Notes: generated from the sequence alone by a model not told the origin. A DNA stretch of 64,000 nucleotides from an uncultured Nitrososphaerota archaeon (GCA_963701075.1 OY969559.1:544001-608000), one strand, 5' to 3'; shown: positions 40,000 through 50,680, numbered from the stretch's first letter. Numbers and translations: made by a program.

Positions 40000-40581
40000 C
40001 TATGTATCAAGATTTTGATCCCTCAAAGAAGAGAATCGAAGGTCATATTCTTTTTGAATATCTAATTTTCTTCCATTTTCTGTATCATGCTCATATTGCA
40101 TTTGCTCATCTTGCCATTCTTTTTTGACTTCATTCATAATTCTAGACACTTTCTCATCAGCAAATTCTTCGGCATTCTTTTTGATTTCCGTTTCATTTTT
40201 ACCCTTAATGGAATAACTCTTATTCAGTAATTCTGCATTTAGTCTTTCTTGAAGTATTCTTGCATATTTTTCACAAATATCAAAATGACCCTGTTCATGT
40301 TTCAAAATTATACTATGATCGCTTTCTAGGATCCTGTCATTTTTTACCCATGATTTTGATGGAACAAAACAGGCTTCCACTACAAATTTTTTGAATTTAA
40401 ATTTTCTTTTGTAGCTAGTTTGTATATACTCTAATTCATGGTTCTCATCCATTCCAACTCCTGATTCAGCTGTTGCTTGTTCTTTACTTGGATCAGGTAT
40501 CCCTTTGAAGTCACCCCATCGTAGGAGTCGATCTTTTTTCCAAATTATCTTATCATCGTACAATACACTCGTATTGATCAA
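40000..40581 (-). CDS. DUF922-like putative Zn-dependent protease
   Basis: LRWGDFKG, SWV, HEQGHFDI (HExxH), YEHDT. Confidence 0.7.
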   Translation of the reverse strand: MINTSVLYDDKIIWKKDRLLRWGDFKGIPDPSKEQATAESGVGMDENHELEYIQTSYKRKFKFKKFVVEACFVPSKSWVKNDRILESDHSIILKHEQGHFDICEKYARILQERLNAELLNKSYSIKGKNETEIKKNAEEFADEKVSRIMNEVKKEWQDEQMQYEHDTENGRKLDIQKEYDLRFSSLRDQNLDT

Positions 40582-40645
40582 TACTTGACCATATTCTTTA
40601 CGAGACGTGTCAGATTTTCACGAGTAAATGAGGGGTGTTCTATTT

Positions 40646-42169
40646 TTATTGAGGCTCAATGGTTGCAGGGGGTTTGCTTGATACAACATAACTCACCCAC
40701 GCAACATCCTCAACCTCGTTTGTGATTCTATTGCTTATCTTCTCAAGTATCTCTGAAGGCAACCTAGTCCAGTCTGCAGTCATTGCGTCAATCGAGTCCA
40801 CTACACGAATAAGAACAACATGTCCATATTTTCGCTCATCGCCTACCACGCCAACAGCCCTGTCGTCTCCTACTGCTGCAAAAGCTTGCCATACCTTGTC
40901 ATACCAACCTGCAACCAAAAGCTCATCTTCAACAATCTTGCTTGCCTGTTTGCATACCCGTAACTTCTCTGGTGTTACCTCATTCATTATTCGAACAGCA
41001 AGACCTGGGCCTGGGAAGGGATGACGGTTCAAAAGCTTGTCTGGAACACCAAGGATCTTTCCTACCTTTCTTACCTCGTCTTTGTACAGAAATCTCAATG
41101 GCTCAAGTATCTGCAGGTCAAGCCAAGAAGGAAGTCCGCCAACATTGTGGTGGGTCTTGATCACAGCAGCAGGTCCCTTTGATACTCCACTTTCAATCAC
41201 GTCAGGATAAAGTGTCCCCTGAGCTAACCACTTGAACGGGCCACTCTTTTCTGCAAACTCGGTGAATATCTTGACAAATTCTTCCCCAACTATCTTTCGT
41301 TTCTGTTCGGGATCTGCTATCCCCTTTAGTCTAGAAAGAAATCTTTCTTTTGCATTAATTGCAGTAAAATTCATTCCAAAATTATTCTTGAACATCTCCT
41401 CGACTTCTTTTTCTTCACTTAATCGAAGAAGACCATTGTCTACAAAGACACACTTTAACCTGGTTCCTATTGCCTTTTGAATCAAGAGTGCAGCTACTGT
41501 AGAATCTACTCCTCCACTAATACCACACAATACATTGCCATCAATCTTTGAAATCTCTGAAACGGTACTGTCAATAAAGTTCTCAAGAGTCCAGTCTTGT
41601 TTTGCCTTGCATATATTTAGAACAAAATTTCTGAGAACCTGGACACCCTTTTCAGTGTGAACCACTTCAGGGTGGAATTGTATTCCGTAGATAAGCTTCT
41701 GCCTGTTGGCAATTGCTGCTGCAAAAGAGCTCTCGGTATGTCCTATGACCTCAAACCCATTTGGCAGGCTTTCTGCTGCATCACCATGACTCATCCATGC
41801 TCTTGTAGATGAGCCAATTCCAGACAGTAGATCTGAGCTGTTATCTATTTTCAGAGTCGATGAACCATATTCTTTGTTTGCTTGTCTTACCTTGCCTCCA
41901 AAATTATTTACAATCAATTGATGACCATAACAAATTCCAAGAACAGGGAGGCCAATCTCAAATATTCCCGATGAAGGCTGGGGTGAATCTTTGCTGTACA
42001 CACTTGCAGGCCCCCCACTAAAGACAATCCCCTTTGGATTCATCTTCTTTAGTTCTTCAAGTGAGATATTGTATGGTACCAGCTCAGCATATACTGAAAA
42101 TTCGCGAATTCGTCTGCAGATTAGATGACTGTACTGTGAACCAAAATCTAGTACAATTATCTTGTCCAT
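40646..42169 (-). CDS. guaA: GMP synthase (glutamine-hydrolysing)
   Basis: LDFGSQY, GICYG, QFHPE, SGGVDS, KTHHN, KPPATIE. Confidence 0.96.
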   Translation of the reverse strand: MDKIIVLDFGSQYSHLICRRIREFSVYAELVPYNISLEELKKMNPKGIVFSGGPASVYSKDSPQPSSGIFEIGLPVLGICYGHQLIVNNFGGKVRQANKEYGSSTLKIDNSSDLLSGIGSSTRAWMSHGDAAESLPNGFEVIGHTESSFAAAIANRQKLIYGIQFHPEVVHTEKGVQVLRNFVLNICKAKQDWTLENFIDSTVSEISKIDGNVLCGISGGVDSTVAALLIQKAIGTRLKCVFVDNGLLRLSEEKEVEEMFKNNFGMNFTAINAKERFLSRLKGIADPEQKRKIVGEEFVKIFTEFAEKSGPFKWLAQGTLYPDVIESGVSKGPAAVIKTHHNVGGLPSWLDLQILEPLRFLYKDEVRKVGKILGVPDKLLNRHPFPGPGLAVRIMNEVTPEKLRVCKQASKIVEDELLVAGWYDKVWQAFAAVGDDRAVGVVGDERKYGHVVLIRVVDSIDAMTADWTRLPSEILEKISNRITNEVEDVAWVSYVVSSKPPATIEPQ

Positions 42170-42173
42170 AGAT

Positions 42174-42746
42174 TCACTTTCTTGAATTTTCCATCATTCG
42201 TGAGAATGACCATGTTGCAGTATTGATAATCTCATTTGCTCTCTCCTTTTGTCGATAATTTTTAATTAGAATCTCTCTGATCTTACTTCCATCCTTGTTT
42301 ACCATGCAGCTTATGACAGAACCCTGTGAAATCTTGCCATTTTTAACATCAGCGCTATCTTGACTCTCCATGTTACCAATTATTCTCCCCAAGAAAAATG
42401 ACTTGAATGGTTGTGTCTCAATGTCAAGTGATACCTCCTCTGATGGTATGATTACAATCTCATCTGGGGTGACATGTGCATTTGCTATTATTTGATTATC
42501 AGGGGCTTTCATTTGAATTACATCAGCTGTCTCTTGTATTGACTGCTGATTTGACGTTCTAGCTGGAGGTGGTGATGATGCCAGATAAGATGCCTTGCTA
42601 AAACTTGACTGTTTTACCAGAGAATCTAAAATTCGAAGATTTTGTGTTAATCGCTCCATCTCTTTTTTGCGTTTGTCTATCTCGTCTGAGATCCATTCTC
42701 GTAACTCTAAGATGTCACGAACCTCTTCCTCCGAATGATAATCCAT
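42174..42746 (-). CDS. Conserved hypothetical protein
   Basis: 190-aa ORF with N-terminal coiled coil, co-directional with guaA. Confidence 0.6.
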   Translation of the reverse strand: MDYHSEEEVRDILELREWISDEIDKRKKEMERLTQNLRILDSLVKQSSFSKASYLASSPPPARTSNQQSIQETADVIQMKAPDNQIIANAHVTPDEIVIIPSEEVSLDIETQPFKSFFLGRIIGNMESQDSADVKNGKISQGSVISCMVNKDGSKIREILIKNYRQKERANEIINTATWSFSRMMENSRK

Positions 42747-42789
42747 ATCTTGTCTATTGATGAACGGATAATAAATATTAAAACAAACT

Positions 42790-43530
42790 CTATTCCCTGA
42801 CTAACTCTTGAAGATCTCCAAATGAAATCTCTTGGAATCCCTTTATCGGCTCTGAGGTGGTATAGAGTTGACGTCTGTCCTTTGACGCAAGCCACTCCAA
42901 AAGAGATCTTGCTTTTCTAAGTTTTTGCAGTTTTACCGCCCTATTGTATTTCCCTTCCTTGGAGTACATCCCTATCTTGTACCCAAAATCCATGCCAAAC
43001 AAGATTATTCTTTTTGCTCCAAAATATCTAGCAAGAAAGACACATCTATCGCCATCTGTGAATCCGCCAAAGTTTCTTATCTTGTCAAATGGCCTTCCTT
43101 CTGTTGTACCTATACAGTTTCTAAACAGTGAAGCAATGGGAAGTATCCCGATATTATCTCCATGAGAATGTACTACCATTATAGCATTCATTTTAGAAGC
43201 TTTTTTGAGATATTCTAAATTCCCATCAAGGTCAGTTACTACTATGTCAGGTCTAATTCCATTTTCAATTAAAGCTCTTGTAGCGCCATCTGCAACAATC
43301 TTTGTTGCCTTTTTGAACTTCTTAATGGATGGAATCGATGAAGAAAGTGATGGTCCGGCCCCAATAACGAACACTACCTTGTTTTTTATCTCACGTTCTA
43401 ACTTATTCAAAGGAACCCTAGTTCTAACAAGTAAGTTTAGGAGATTGGCTGCAAATGTGTCATCTTTTTTGTCAAAATTGAATTCACGCAAAATCTCTCT
43501 ATACTTTTGTTCCCATCCGCATAACTTCAT
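42790..43530 (-). CDS. mptE: 6-hydroxymethyl-7,8-dihydropterin pyrophosphokinase (archaeal)
   Basis: GAGPSL, ADGA, TDLDG, HSHGDN, FGGFTDGDR; divergent from folP. Confidence 0.88.
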   Translation of the reverse strand: MKLCGWEQKYREILREFNFDKKDDTFAANLLNLLVRTRVPLNKLEREIKNKVVFVIGAGPSLSSSIPSIKKFKKATKIVADGATRALIENGIRPDIVVTDLDGNLEYLKKASKMNAIMVVHSHGDNIGILPIASLFRNCIGTTEGRPFDKIRNFGGFTDGDRCVFLARYFGAKRIILFGMDFGYKIGMYSKEGKYNRAVKLQKLRKARSLLEWLASKDRRQLYTTSEPIKGFQEISFGDLQELVRE

Positions 43531-43566
43531 GTAAGTCTAAATGTACATGAGCTAATCATAAACCAT

Positions 43567-44442
43567 ATGAACAAACTTGGTTCTGTACCTGTAGGGAATT
43601 CAAACCCCCCAAGAATAATGGGCATAATTAATGTAAGTCCAGAATCGTTTTACAAAAAATCAGTATACACAGAACCAAAAGAGATTGCTAAAATTGCAAA
43701 GCAGATAGAAGAAGATGGTGCAGATTTCATTGACATAGGGGGCATGTCTACCGCTCCATACCTGAAGACTCGGGTGACAGAAAAGACCGAGATTGATAGG
43801 ATCACAAAGGCAATTTCTGCTGTCCAAAAGATCTCCAAACTACCAATCTCGGTAGATACTTGCAGAGCAAATGTTGCCAAGAAAGCCTTTGAACTAGGCG
43901 TTGAAATTCTAAATGATGTTACAGGATTACAGTATGATCAGAACATGACAGTTATACTGGAAGAATACTGTCCATCAGTCATAGTTTGCGCTTTTAGTAA
44001 ACAGACAATAACAGGAAATCAAGTAACGCAGACAAGAAATCTACTTGCAAAAAGCATATCGATCGCAGAAAAATCTGGAATATCAAAAAGCAAGATTGTA
44101 GTAGACCCAGCAATAGGATTTTTTAGAAAAAATGCCAAGGGAATACTGTTCACTAAAATAAATTCAGATTGGCTCAAAAGAGACATTGACATTATTCAAA
44201 ATCTTTCATCGATCAAACTTGGATGTCCTCTTCTTGTTTCCGTTTCAAGAAAGTCCTTCATAGGATCTTTGTTAAATGAGAAAGATCCTGACAAGAGACT
44301 TTATGGATCTCTTGCAGCAGAAACCATTGCAGTTCTAAACGGAGCAAACATTGTCAGAACTCATAATGTTAAAGCAACTTGTGATGCAATAGAAATTGCA
44401 AAAAATCTGTCTGACCCAAGAAAGGCTTATAACAGATTGTAA
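43567..44442 (+). CDS. folP: Dihydropteroate synthase
   Basis: MGIINVSPESF, IDIGGMST, SVDT, DPAIGF, SRKSF, RTHNV. Confidence 0.92.
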   Translation: MNKLGSVPVGNSNPPRIMGIINVSPESFYKKSVYTEPKEIAKIAKQIEEDGADFIDIGGMSTAPYLKTRVTEKTEIDRITKAISAVQKISKLPISVDTCRANVAKKAFELGVEILNDVTGLQYDQNMTVILEEYCPSVIVCAFSKQTITGNQVTQTRNLLAKSISIAEKSGISKSKIVVDPAIGFFRKNAKGILFTKINSDWLKRDIDIIQNLSSIKLGCPLLVSVSRKSFIGSLLNEKDPDKRLYGSLAAETIAVLNGANIVRTHNVKATCDAIEIAKNLSDPRKAYNRL

Positions 44443-44462
44443 ATCTAATCAAGAAGGTTTCA

Positions 44463-45902
44463 TTGGATATAAGGGAAGGATTGACTTTCGACGATGTACT
44501 CCTTGTCCCCAAACACTCCAATGTGGCTACTAGATCACAAACTAATTTACAAACAAAACTCTCACGAAATATTTCACTCAATATTCCTATCATCAGCGCT
44601 AACATGGACACAGTAACCGAGTCTCCAATGGCAGTAGCAATGGCAAGAGAGGGTGGTATAGGAATAATACACAGATTTCTTACAATATCTGAACAAGTCA
44701 CCGAAGTACTCAAGGTCAAGCGTTCCGGCAGCATCTTGATTGAAAACCCATACACCATAGGGCCCAACCAAACTGTTCGGGAAGCAATTGAATACATGCG
44801 AGAAAAAGGCGTCTCCGGTCTACTTGTAACAGATCCTCAAGGCAAGCTGGTAGGGATATTGACAAGAAGAGATATTGTAATGCTGGAATCGGCAGACGAA
44901 ACAAAACAAGTAAAGGAAGTGATGACAAGCGATGTAATCACTGCTAGGTCAGGAGTAGGTGTACCGGAAGCCAAAGACCTCCTAAGGAAAAACTGCATAG
45001 AAAAATTACCGCTTCTAGATGAGCGAGGAAATGTGAAGGGACTGATAACAAGTAAAGACATCATAAATGCTGGAAATTATCCACATGCCTCTAAGGACAA
45101 GAAGGGAAGGCCCTTGGTAGGGGCAGCAGTAGGAGTAAAGGGCGATTTTATGGAAAGAACTGAAGCATTGCTTGATGCTGGCACAGACGTAATTGTAGTT
45201 GACATCGCTCATGGTCATAGTGATAATGCACTCAATACAGTACGATTAATCAAGAAAGCATTTCCAAACTGTGAGCTTATTGCAGGAAACGTTGCAACGG
45301 CTCGCGGAGCTGAAGACCTTATAAAAGCAGGTGTTGATGCAATAAAAGTCGGAGTAGGTTCTGGTTCAATCTGTATTACAAGAGTAATTACTGGTTCTGG
45401 TGTGCCACAACTCACAGCTGTTGTAGACTGTGCCCAAATCGGCAAAAAATATGATATTCCAATAATTTCCGATGGTGGAGTTAGAAATTCAGGTGACGCA
45501 ACAAAGGCACTAGCAGCAGGAGCATCAACTGTAATGGTAGGAAGTTTGCTTGGAGGAACCGATGAAAGCCCGGGCTCGTATGTCATGAAAAATGGCAAGC
45601 GATACAAGATCTACCGAGGAATGGCTTCCTTTTATGCGGCACTTGGTAGAAAGGCAAAAGAAACAGGTACAGCAGCCATGAGTGAAGACCTTAATGATTA
45701 CGTAGCTGAGGGTGTTGAAGCAATGGTTCCATACAAAGGCACTGTTGTGGATATAATAAAACAACTTACTGGTGGCATACGATCAGGCCTGAGCTACTGT
45801 GGAGCAAACACAATACCACAAATGCAACAAAACGCGGAATTTATAAAAATGTCAACTGCCGGCTATGCAGAAAGCCAGCCTCATGACGTAGAATTGATGT
45901 AA
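44463..45902 (+). CDS. guaB: IMP dehydrogenase
   Basis: LTFDDVLLVP, CBS pair, GSGSICIT, YRGMAS. Confidence 0.96.
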   Translation: MDIREGLTFDDVLLVPKHSNVATRSQTNLQTKLSRNISLNIPIISANMDTVTESPMAVAMAREGGIGIIHRFLTISEQVTEVLKVKRSGSILIENPYTIGPNQTVREAIEYMREKGVSGLLVTDPQGKLVGILTRRDIVMLESADETKQVKEVMTSDVITARSGVGVPEAKDLLRKNCIEKLPLLDERGNVKGLITSKDIINAGNYPHASKDKKGRPLVGAAVGVKGDFMERTEALLDAGTDVIVVDIAHGHSDNALNTVRLIKKAFPNCELIAGNVATARGAEDLIKAGVDAIKVGVGSGSICITRVITGSGVPQLTAVVDCAQIGKKYDIPIISDGGVRNSGDATKALAAGASTVMVGSLLGGTDESPGSYVMKNGKRYKIYRGMASFYAALGRKAKETGTAAMSEDLNDYVAEGVEAMVPYKGTVVDIIKQLTGGIRSGLSYCGANTIPQMQQNAEFIKMSTAGYAESQPHDVELM

Positions 45903-45940
45903 TTCACTTTTAAATATGGTATGAGATTTAGTTTTGGTCA

Positions 45941-46405
45941 GTGCTAACAAAAAGAACCGCAATAGGAATTGGTATAGGGGCGCTTGGAATTGTATTGGGA
46001 TCTTTCTTCTTGATAGAATCAATCATATCAAATGTTAATCCAGTAAACGACACTGTTGATATTGCTAAAAGTGATGTGTTTCAATTTAACGCACAGAAAC
46101 ATTTTCATGAATTACTTAATGTTACAGGAAGTTCTTTTCATGTAACCCTGCAGACGCCATCCAACGGATTGCAAATAGACAAAGATTTTCAAAACGAGGT
46201 AAGCTTTGATTGGTTTAGTCTTCAGGATGGGATACATTTTATCAACATAACAAATACGGGCAATTCTACCTTACATGTTACTGGACAGTTACAGGCTCTT
46301 CAGAATCCATTGATCTTCATGTCGCACCTAATTGTAATATCGTCAGGAATTCTAATAGTTGGAATCAGTGCTGCCTTTTCAGTTCGAAAGCCTCGAGGCT
46401 TTTAG
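45941..46405 (+). CDS. Membrane protein (two TM helices flanking a beta domain)
   Basis: Hydrophobic N- and C-terminal segments. Confidence 0.6.
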   Translation: MLTKRTAIGIGIGALGIVLGSFFLIESIISNVNPVNDTVDIAKSDVFQFNAQKHFHELLNVTGSSFHVTLQTPSNGLQIDKDFQNEVSFDWFSLQDGIHFINITNTGNSTLHVTGQLQALQNPLIFMSHLIVISSGILIVGISAAFSVRKPRGF

Positions 46406-47217
46406 TCAAGCTCAGCCCTTGGATAAGAGCCAAGAATCTTTAGAAAGACCGTATTTGGTTTGATTTTTTCAAGAGCATCCTGGATATTTTTATCATTTTG
46501 ATTCCCCTCAAAATCAACATAAAAGTTGTATTCCCACGGTGTGGCTTTTGTGGGACGAGATTCAATTTTTGTAAGATTTATCTTGTTTATGTGGAATTTT
46601 TCAAGTACGCTATAAAGTGCACCTGGAACATGTTTTATTGAAAAAATTATGGACGTCTTATCCTTTGACGTTCTTTCTTGTTTTCTATTTGAGAGAACCA
46701 AGAATCTGGTATAATTGTTAATGTTGTCTTCTATTCCTTCCATTATGATAGGGGCTTTGTAGATTTCAGCTGCTCTTCTACTTGCTATGCATGATATGTT
46801 CTCCTTTTTTAGCTCTAGGAGAATCTTGACACTTCCTGCTGTGTCATAAGTGGGTATGGCTTTGAGATGATGATCCTGAATGAATTTTCTGCACTGACCT
46901 AGTGCCTGTGGATGCGAATAAACAGTATCAATTTTTCCAAGGTCTTGAAAACCAATGAGGCAATGCTTTATTCTGTGATAAATCTCTCCTGTTACATTAA
47001 GATTGGTTGTCAATAACAAGTCATTACTTTCTCCTACTATACCTTCAAGAGAGTTTTCAACAGGCAGTACCGCATAGTCTGATTTGCCACTCTCTGTAGA
47101 TTCTAAAACTTCATGAAACGTGGAATATGGAATAGTTTCAATCAAATCTTTGAAAAAGGCCATGGCAGCAGCTTCACTATAAGCACCATGTTCTCCTTGA
47201 AATGCCACTTTGAGCAT
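46402..47217 (-). CDS. pheA: Prephenate dehydratase
   Basis: FQGEHGAYSE, PVENS, SHPQALGQC, NYTRF, IESRP. Confidence 0.94.
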   Translation of the reverse strand: MLKVAFQGEHGAYSEAAAMAFFKDLIETIPYSTFHEVLESTESGKSDYAVLPVENSLEGIVGESNDLLLTTNLNVTGEIYHRIKHCLIGFQDLGKIDTVYSHPQALGQCRKFIQDHHLKAIPTYDTAGSVKILLELKKENISCIASRRAAEIYKAPIIMEGIEDNINNYTRFLVLSNRKQERTSKDKTSIIFSIKHVPGALYSVLEKFHINKINLTKIESRPTKATPWEYNFYVDFEGNQNDKNIQDALEKIKPNTVFLKILGSYPRAELD

Positions 47218-47221
47218 ATTC

Positions 47222-47776
47222 TTAGTTGGAATCGAATTTTATAAAATCGCTGTTTCCGAATTTAGTTGATAGTTTTCTCTCTTCTATATAACCACAATCA
47301 ACACATTTTACATTGCTGCCAAGCGGCACTATGTTGCCAGCACATTTGTTGCATATTGAGAACAAGACTCCAAGTTCCGGTTCTCCAATTGTGGCATGAA
47401 TTACGCCATTTAGCAAATTGATTACCTTAGCCATTACGATGTCGCTTACTCTTACAAGAATTCTCTTCTTTGCACCTCTTGCTTGGCAAATAACTTCAAG
47501 ACCCGAGTGGGTAGGCTTGCCATTTATGTACAATATGTTTATTGCAAACATGTTATTCATCAACGCCGATATGTTCCCTACTATGACATCACCTTTCTTT
47601 GGAACTGCAGGTGTTTTGATCTCATTAATTTTGGCTATGCGATTTGTTTTATCAAATTCTGGCATACCTACTACTGACGACCTTATCGAATGTCCATCAT
47701 CAAATGTATTCTGACCGGTCTCAAATTCCTCGATTATTGCAATTTTGTCTCCTGGAAGAGCTTGTTTACTAGACAA
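47222..47776 (-). CDS. csl4: Exosome complex component Csl4
   Basis: PGD...EEF, S1 domain, ELGV..S.C..C...C..CG..E.RK. Confidence 0.9.
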   Translation of the reverse strand: MSSKQALPGDKIAIIEEFETGQNTFDDGHSIRSSVVGMPEFDKTNRIAKINEIKTPAVPKKGDVIVGNISALMNNMFAINILYINGKPTHSGLEVICQARGAKKRILVRVSDIVMAKVINLLNGVIHATIGEPELGVLFSICNKCAGNIVPLGSNVKCVDCGYIEERKLSTKFGNSDFIKFDSN

Positions 47777-47851
47777 TAGTGTGAATTGAGGTTCCGATGA
47801 TTATAATTGTTTATGCCTGGAGATCTAAAATCTTTCACATGTAAATTGCAT

Positions 47852-48847
47852 CTAAAGCCAATGAGGAACCTGAAGAAAACTATCCATGTTTTCCTTTTTC
47901 AGTATCTTGATTAATGCATTAGCCTGAGGAGTAGACAAGACGGGCTTATGAAAATGATTGTCAGTTGAAATTCTCGGACAAGCTACTTGTATGAAGGAAT
48001 CTATTCCTTTCAAATTACGAAGCTTATCATCTGTTACCTCAGTCAGAGCAAAGAGCTGAACCTTTTTTCCTAGATTTTCTAGTTCTTTTTTGAATTTGAG
48101 AGCAGTAGTCTTTGAGAACTGACCTTCCTTTAGACCTACAATAATTCCAAATGATTCCGACTCGGCTGCCTTGTATACAGAAAGTATGGCCTTTTTCTGA
48201 AGTTTTTGAGCAAACTCTGTGACCTCCCTTATCTCGTTAAAATATGGATCAAGAACATATGTTGGTATATTTGTCGATAATGCAATTCCAGCTGCATGAA
48301 AATTACTTTGGCCCAAGAATACATTGGCATCTACATTGTATCTTGTCTCCATTACAGGATAAAACTCACATCCAAAGACCTGTCCGTCATTTAGTTGGCC
48401 TTTTCCCTTTCCTATCATAACTTTAACTCCGCCTTCCTCGAGTATGCCCTTCACTTTTTCTACCTCATGGAGGTGTTGGCTATCTGTAACTAGCGATACT
48501 GTTTTTCCTTTAAACTCTTCAGCACATTTTTTTGCTATATTTTCAAATGAGATATTGTCAAATGCGTCTACTAGAACTATGCTATCTCCAAAAGTAGTAG
48601 AATTTATGGTGTGGCCTATGTGGAAGAGAATCTCTGCACCTAGGACCTTTGCTCCATTTGTATTCATATCACACGTTCCAAAACAACTGTCTGCAAGAAC
48701 ATAAGCTGGAATGCCATAGATTTGCATTATCTTGGATGCGGTCTCTTGTATTTTTGGCAAAATTCCATCCGGTCCATTCAAAGCTACTGACACAGGTTTT
48801 CTTCTCTGAATTTCATCGAAGATCCTCTTTTCATCTATTACTATCAA
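47852..48847 (-). CDS. dph2: Diphthamide biosynthesis enzyme Dph2
   Basis: CFGTCD, HIGH, GQVFGC, ACPRI. Confidence 0.92.
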   Translation of the reverse strand: MIVIDEKRIFDEIQRRKPVSVALNGPDGILPKIQETASKIMQIYGIPAYVLADSCFGTCDMNTNGAKVLGAEILFHIGHTINSTTFGDSIVLVDAFDNISFENIAKKCAEEFKGKTVSLVTDSQHLHEVEKVKGILEEGGVKVMIGKGKGQLNDGQVFGCEFYPVMETRYNVDANVFLGQSNFHAAGIALSTNIPTYVLDPYFNEIREVTEFAQKLQKKAILSVYKAAESESFGIIVGLKEGQFSKTTALKFKKELENLGKKVQLFALTEVTDDKLRNLKGIDSFIQVACPRISTDNHFHKPVLSTPQANALIKILKKENMDSFLQVPHWL

Positions 48848-48930
48848 TCGTTATCTAGGATTATTTTTTTAATTTAAATCAAACGAATACACGCACAATA
48901 TTTAATATCGTAGATCTTCAAGAGCAACTG

Positions 48931-49161
48931 ATGTCTATCGCATTTGTATTGCTCAATGCAGAATTAGGAGCCGAAAATGAATTGCTCAACCAAGTCAAGT
49001 CTATTGAACATGTCAAGTACGTGTATGTTCTTTATGGTGCCTATGACCTAGTAGTTAAGATAGAAGCTCCTGATAGTGAGACGCTAAAAAAGACCATCTC
49101 AGGCCAGATAAGGCAACTCAAAAATGTGCGTTCAACTCTTACTATGACAGTTATAGAATGA
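48931..49161 (+). CDS. Stand-alone Lrp/AsnC ligand-binding (RAM) domain protein
   Basis: AFVLLN...YGAYDLVVK...VRSTLT. Confidence 0.85.
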   Translation: MSIAFVLLNAELGAENELLNQVKSIEHVKYVYVLYGAYDLVVKIEAPDSETLKKTISGQIRQLKNVRSTLTMTVIE

Positions 49162-50480
49162 AACAAAGCATACTTCATGTGGGTTTTGACGACACGGATT
49201 CCAGAAATGGAATGTGCACAACATTTCTTGCCTATAAAATTGTAGAGTATCTTAGAAAGGAAAAAGTCAAGTTTCTAGATTACCCATATTTGATTAGATT
49301 CAATCCAAATATTCCATGGAAGACTCGAGGTAATGGTGCAGTAGCGCTCAAAATTCAAACCAAGACCCCCAATTTAGTCAAGAAAGACATAATCAATTTT
49401 GTAAAAAGATATTCCGCTATACGAGACGGAGCAAATCCTGGGCTTGTTTTTTACGAAAATAATGATATTCCAAAAGAATTTTCTGATTTTGGCAAGATGG
49501 CACTATGTACTCTTGTAAACAGAAACAAGGCAAAGGAATTTGCAATACAAAATAACATTGAGACATTCTATCTGGGAAATGGCCAGGGATTAGTAGGTGC
49601 AATAGGTGCCATAGGTTACAATTTTCGTGATCATACCTTTGAATTGATTTCATATAGGCATAAATCAAATTTTGGAAAGAAGAGACTGATCTACAAAGAC
49701 AGTGTAAAGAAAATGCAAGAAACAACTTTTCCAAAAACATTCAACAGCTATGATGATTCTAAAAATCGTACTCTCATAGCTCCTCACGGTCCTGATCCGG
49801 TCTTTTTCGGAGTACGTGGAGAAGATGTACAAACTGTTGTTAGAGGCGCATCTCTTGTAAAATCGCCGGAAAAGTTCTCTGGATACATGGTTTTTCGTTC
49901 AAATCAGGGAACAGGTGATCATTTACAAAACGAACTAGATGTTAACAATCTTAGGCCATTTTCTTCAGGTTATATGGTTGGTCATGTAATTGAAACGCCT
50001 AAAATTAAGATGGGCGGTCACGTAATGTTTGCAATCTCAAAATCTGGTAAAAAGGCAAATTGTGCCGTCTATAAACCAACAGGCCTTACAGGTATTGCAT
50101 CAAGTTTAATCAAAGGAGATCTGATAAGGATTGGCGGGGGTATAAGAAAAGCCTCAAAGACCCACGGCAGAGTGCTTAATGTAGAGTTCATAGATGTTAT
50201 CAAACTTGCAAAAAATTCTGTACTGGTGAATCCTTTCTGTACTGGATGCATGAAACATATGAAATCAAGAGGAAAAGGCCAAGGCTACAAATGTGAAAAA
50301 TGTGGCCGAGCATCACAAAATAAAATACCCAAGAAAATTCCACGCAAGATAAAAGACCGACTTTATCTGCCTGTCCCATCAGCTCATAGACATCTGACAA
50401 GGCCACTGCAAAGAATTTCTAGATTCAACACAAAAATTGAATTTGATGGTTCAGAGAAATGGTTTTGTAATTCTATCTAA
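49158..50480 (+). CDS. tiaS: tRNA(Ile2) agmatidine synthetase
   Basis: GFDDTDS..GMCTT, NPNIPWKTRGN, PHGPDPV, TGDH, HLTRP. Confidence 0.94.
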   Translation: MKQSILHVGFDDTDSRNGMCTTFLAYKIVEYLRKEKVKFLDYPYLIRFNPNIPWKTRGNGAVALKIQTKTPNLVKKDIINFVKRYSAIRDGANPGLVFYENNDIPKEFSDFGKMALCTLVNRNKAKEFAIQNNIETFYLGNGQGLVGAIGAIGYNFRDHTFELISYRHKSNFGKKRLIYKDSVKKMQETTFPKTFNSYDDSKNRTLIAPHGPDPVFFGVRGEDVQTVVRGASLVKSPEKFSGYMVFRSNQGTGDHLQNELDVNNLRPFSSGYMVGHVIETPKIKMGGHVMFAISKSGKKANCAVYKPTGLTGIASSLIKGDLIRIGGGIRKASKTHGRVLNVEFIDVIKLAKNSVLVNPFCTGCMKHMKSRGKGQGYKCEKCGRASQNKIPKKIPRKIKDRLYLPVPSAHRHLTRPLQRISRFNTKIEFDGSEKWFCNSI

Positions 50481-50493
50481 TTTTTTTGAAGGA

Positions 50494-50598
50494 TAGCGGG
50501 GAGTAGATTTGAACTACTGACTTGCGGGTTTCTCATCCGGATTGATTATGAGCCCGCCGGGATGACTTAGCCCCAAGGTCTGGCTTCCCCACCCCGCT
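50494..50598 (-). tRNA. Initiator tRNA-Met(CAT) with two introns
   Basis: AGCGGGG/CCCCGCT acceptor stem (A1-U72), GGG/CCC anticodon stem, anticodon at 50548-50550, TTCAAAT T-loop; introns at 50530-50546 (37/38) and 50567-50579 (D-loop). Confidence 0.92.
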
Positions 50599-50680
50599 AA
50601 GTGAAAAGAGGTTTCAGGGTGATATATACGCTTTATCTGATTTTAGAAATAATTAATAGGATTTCAAAAGTGCCAGATCC

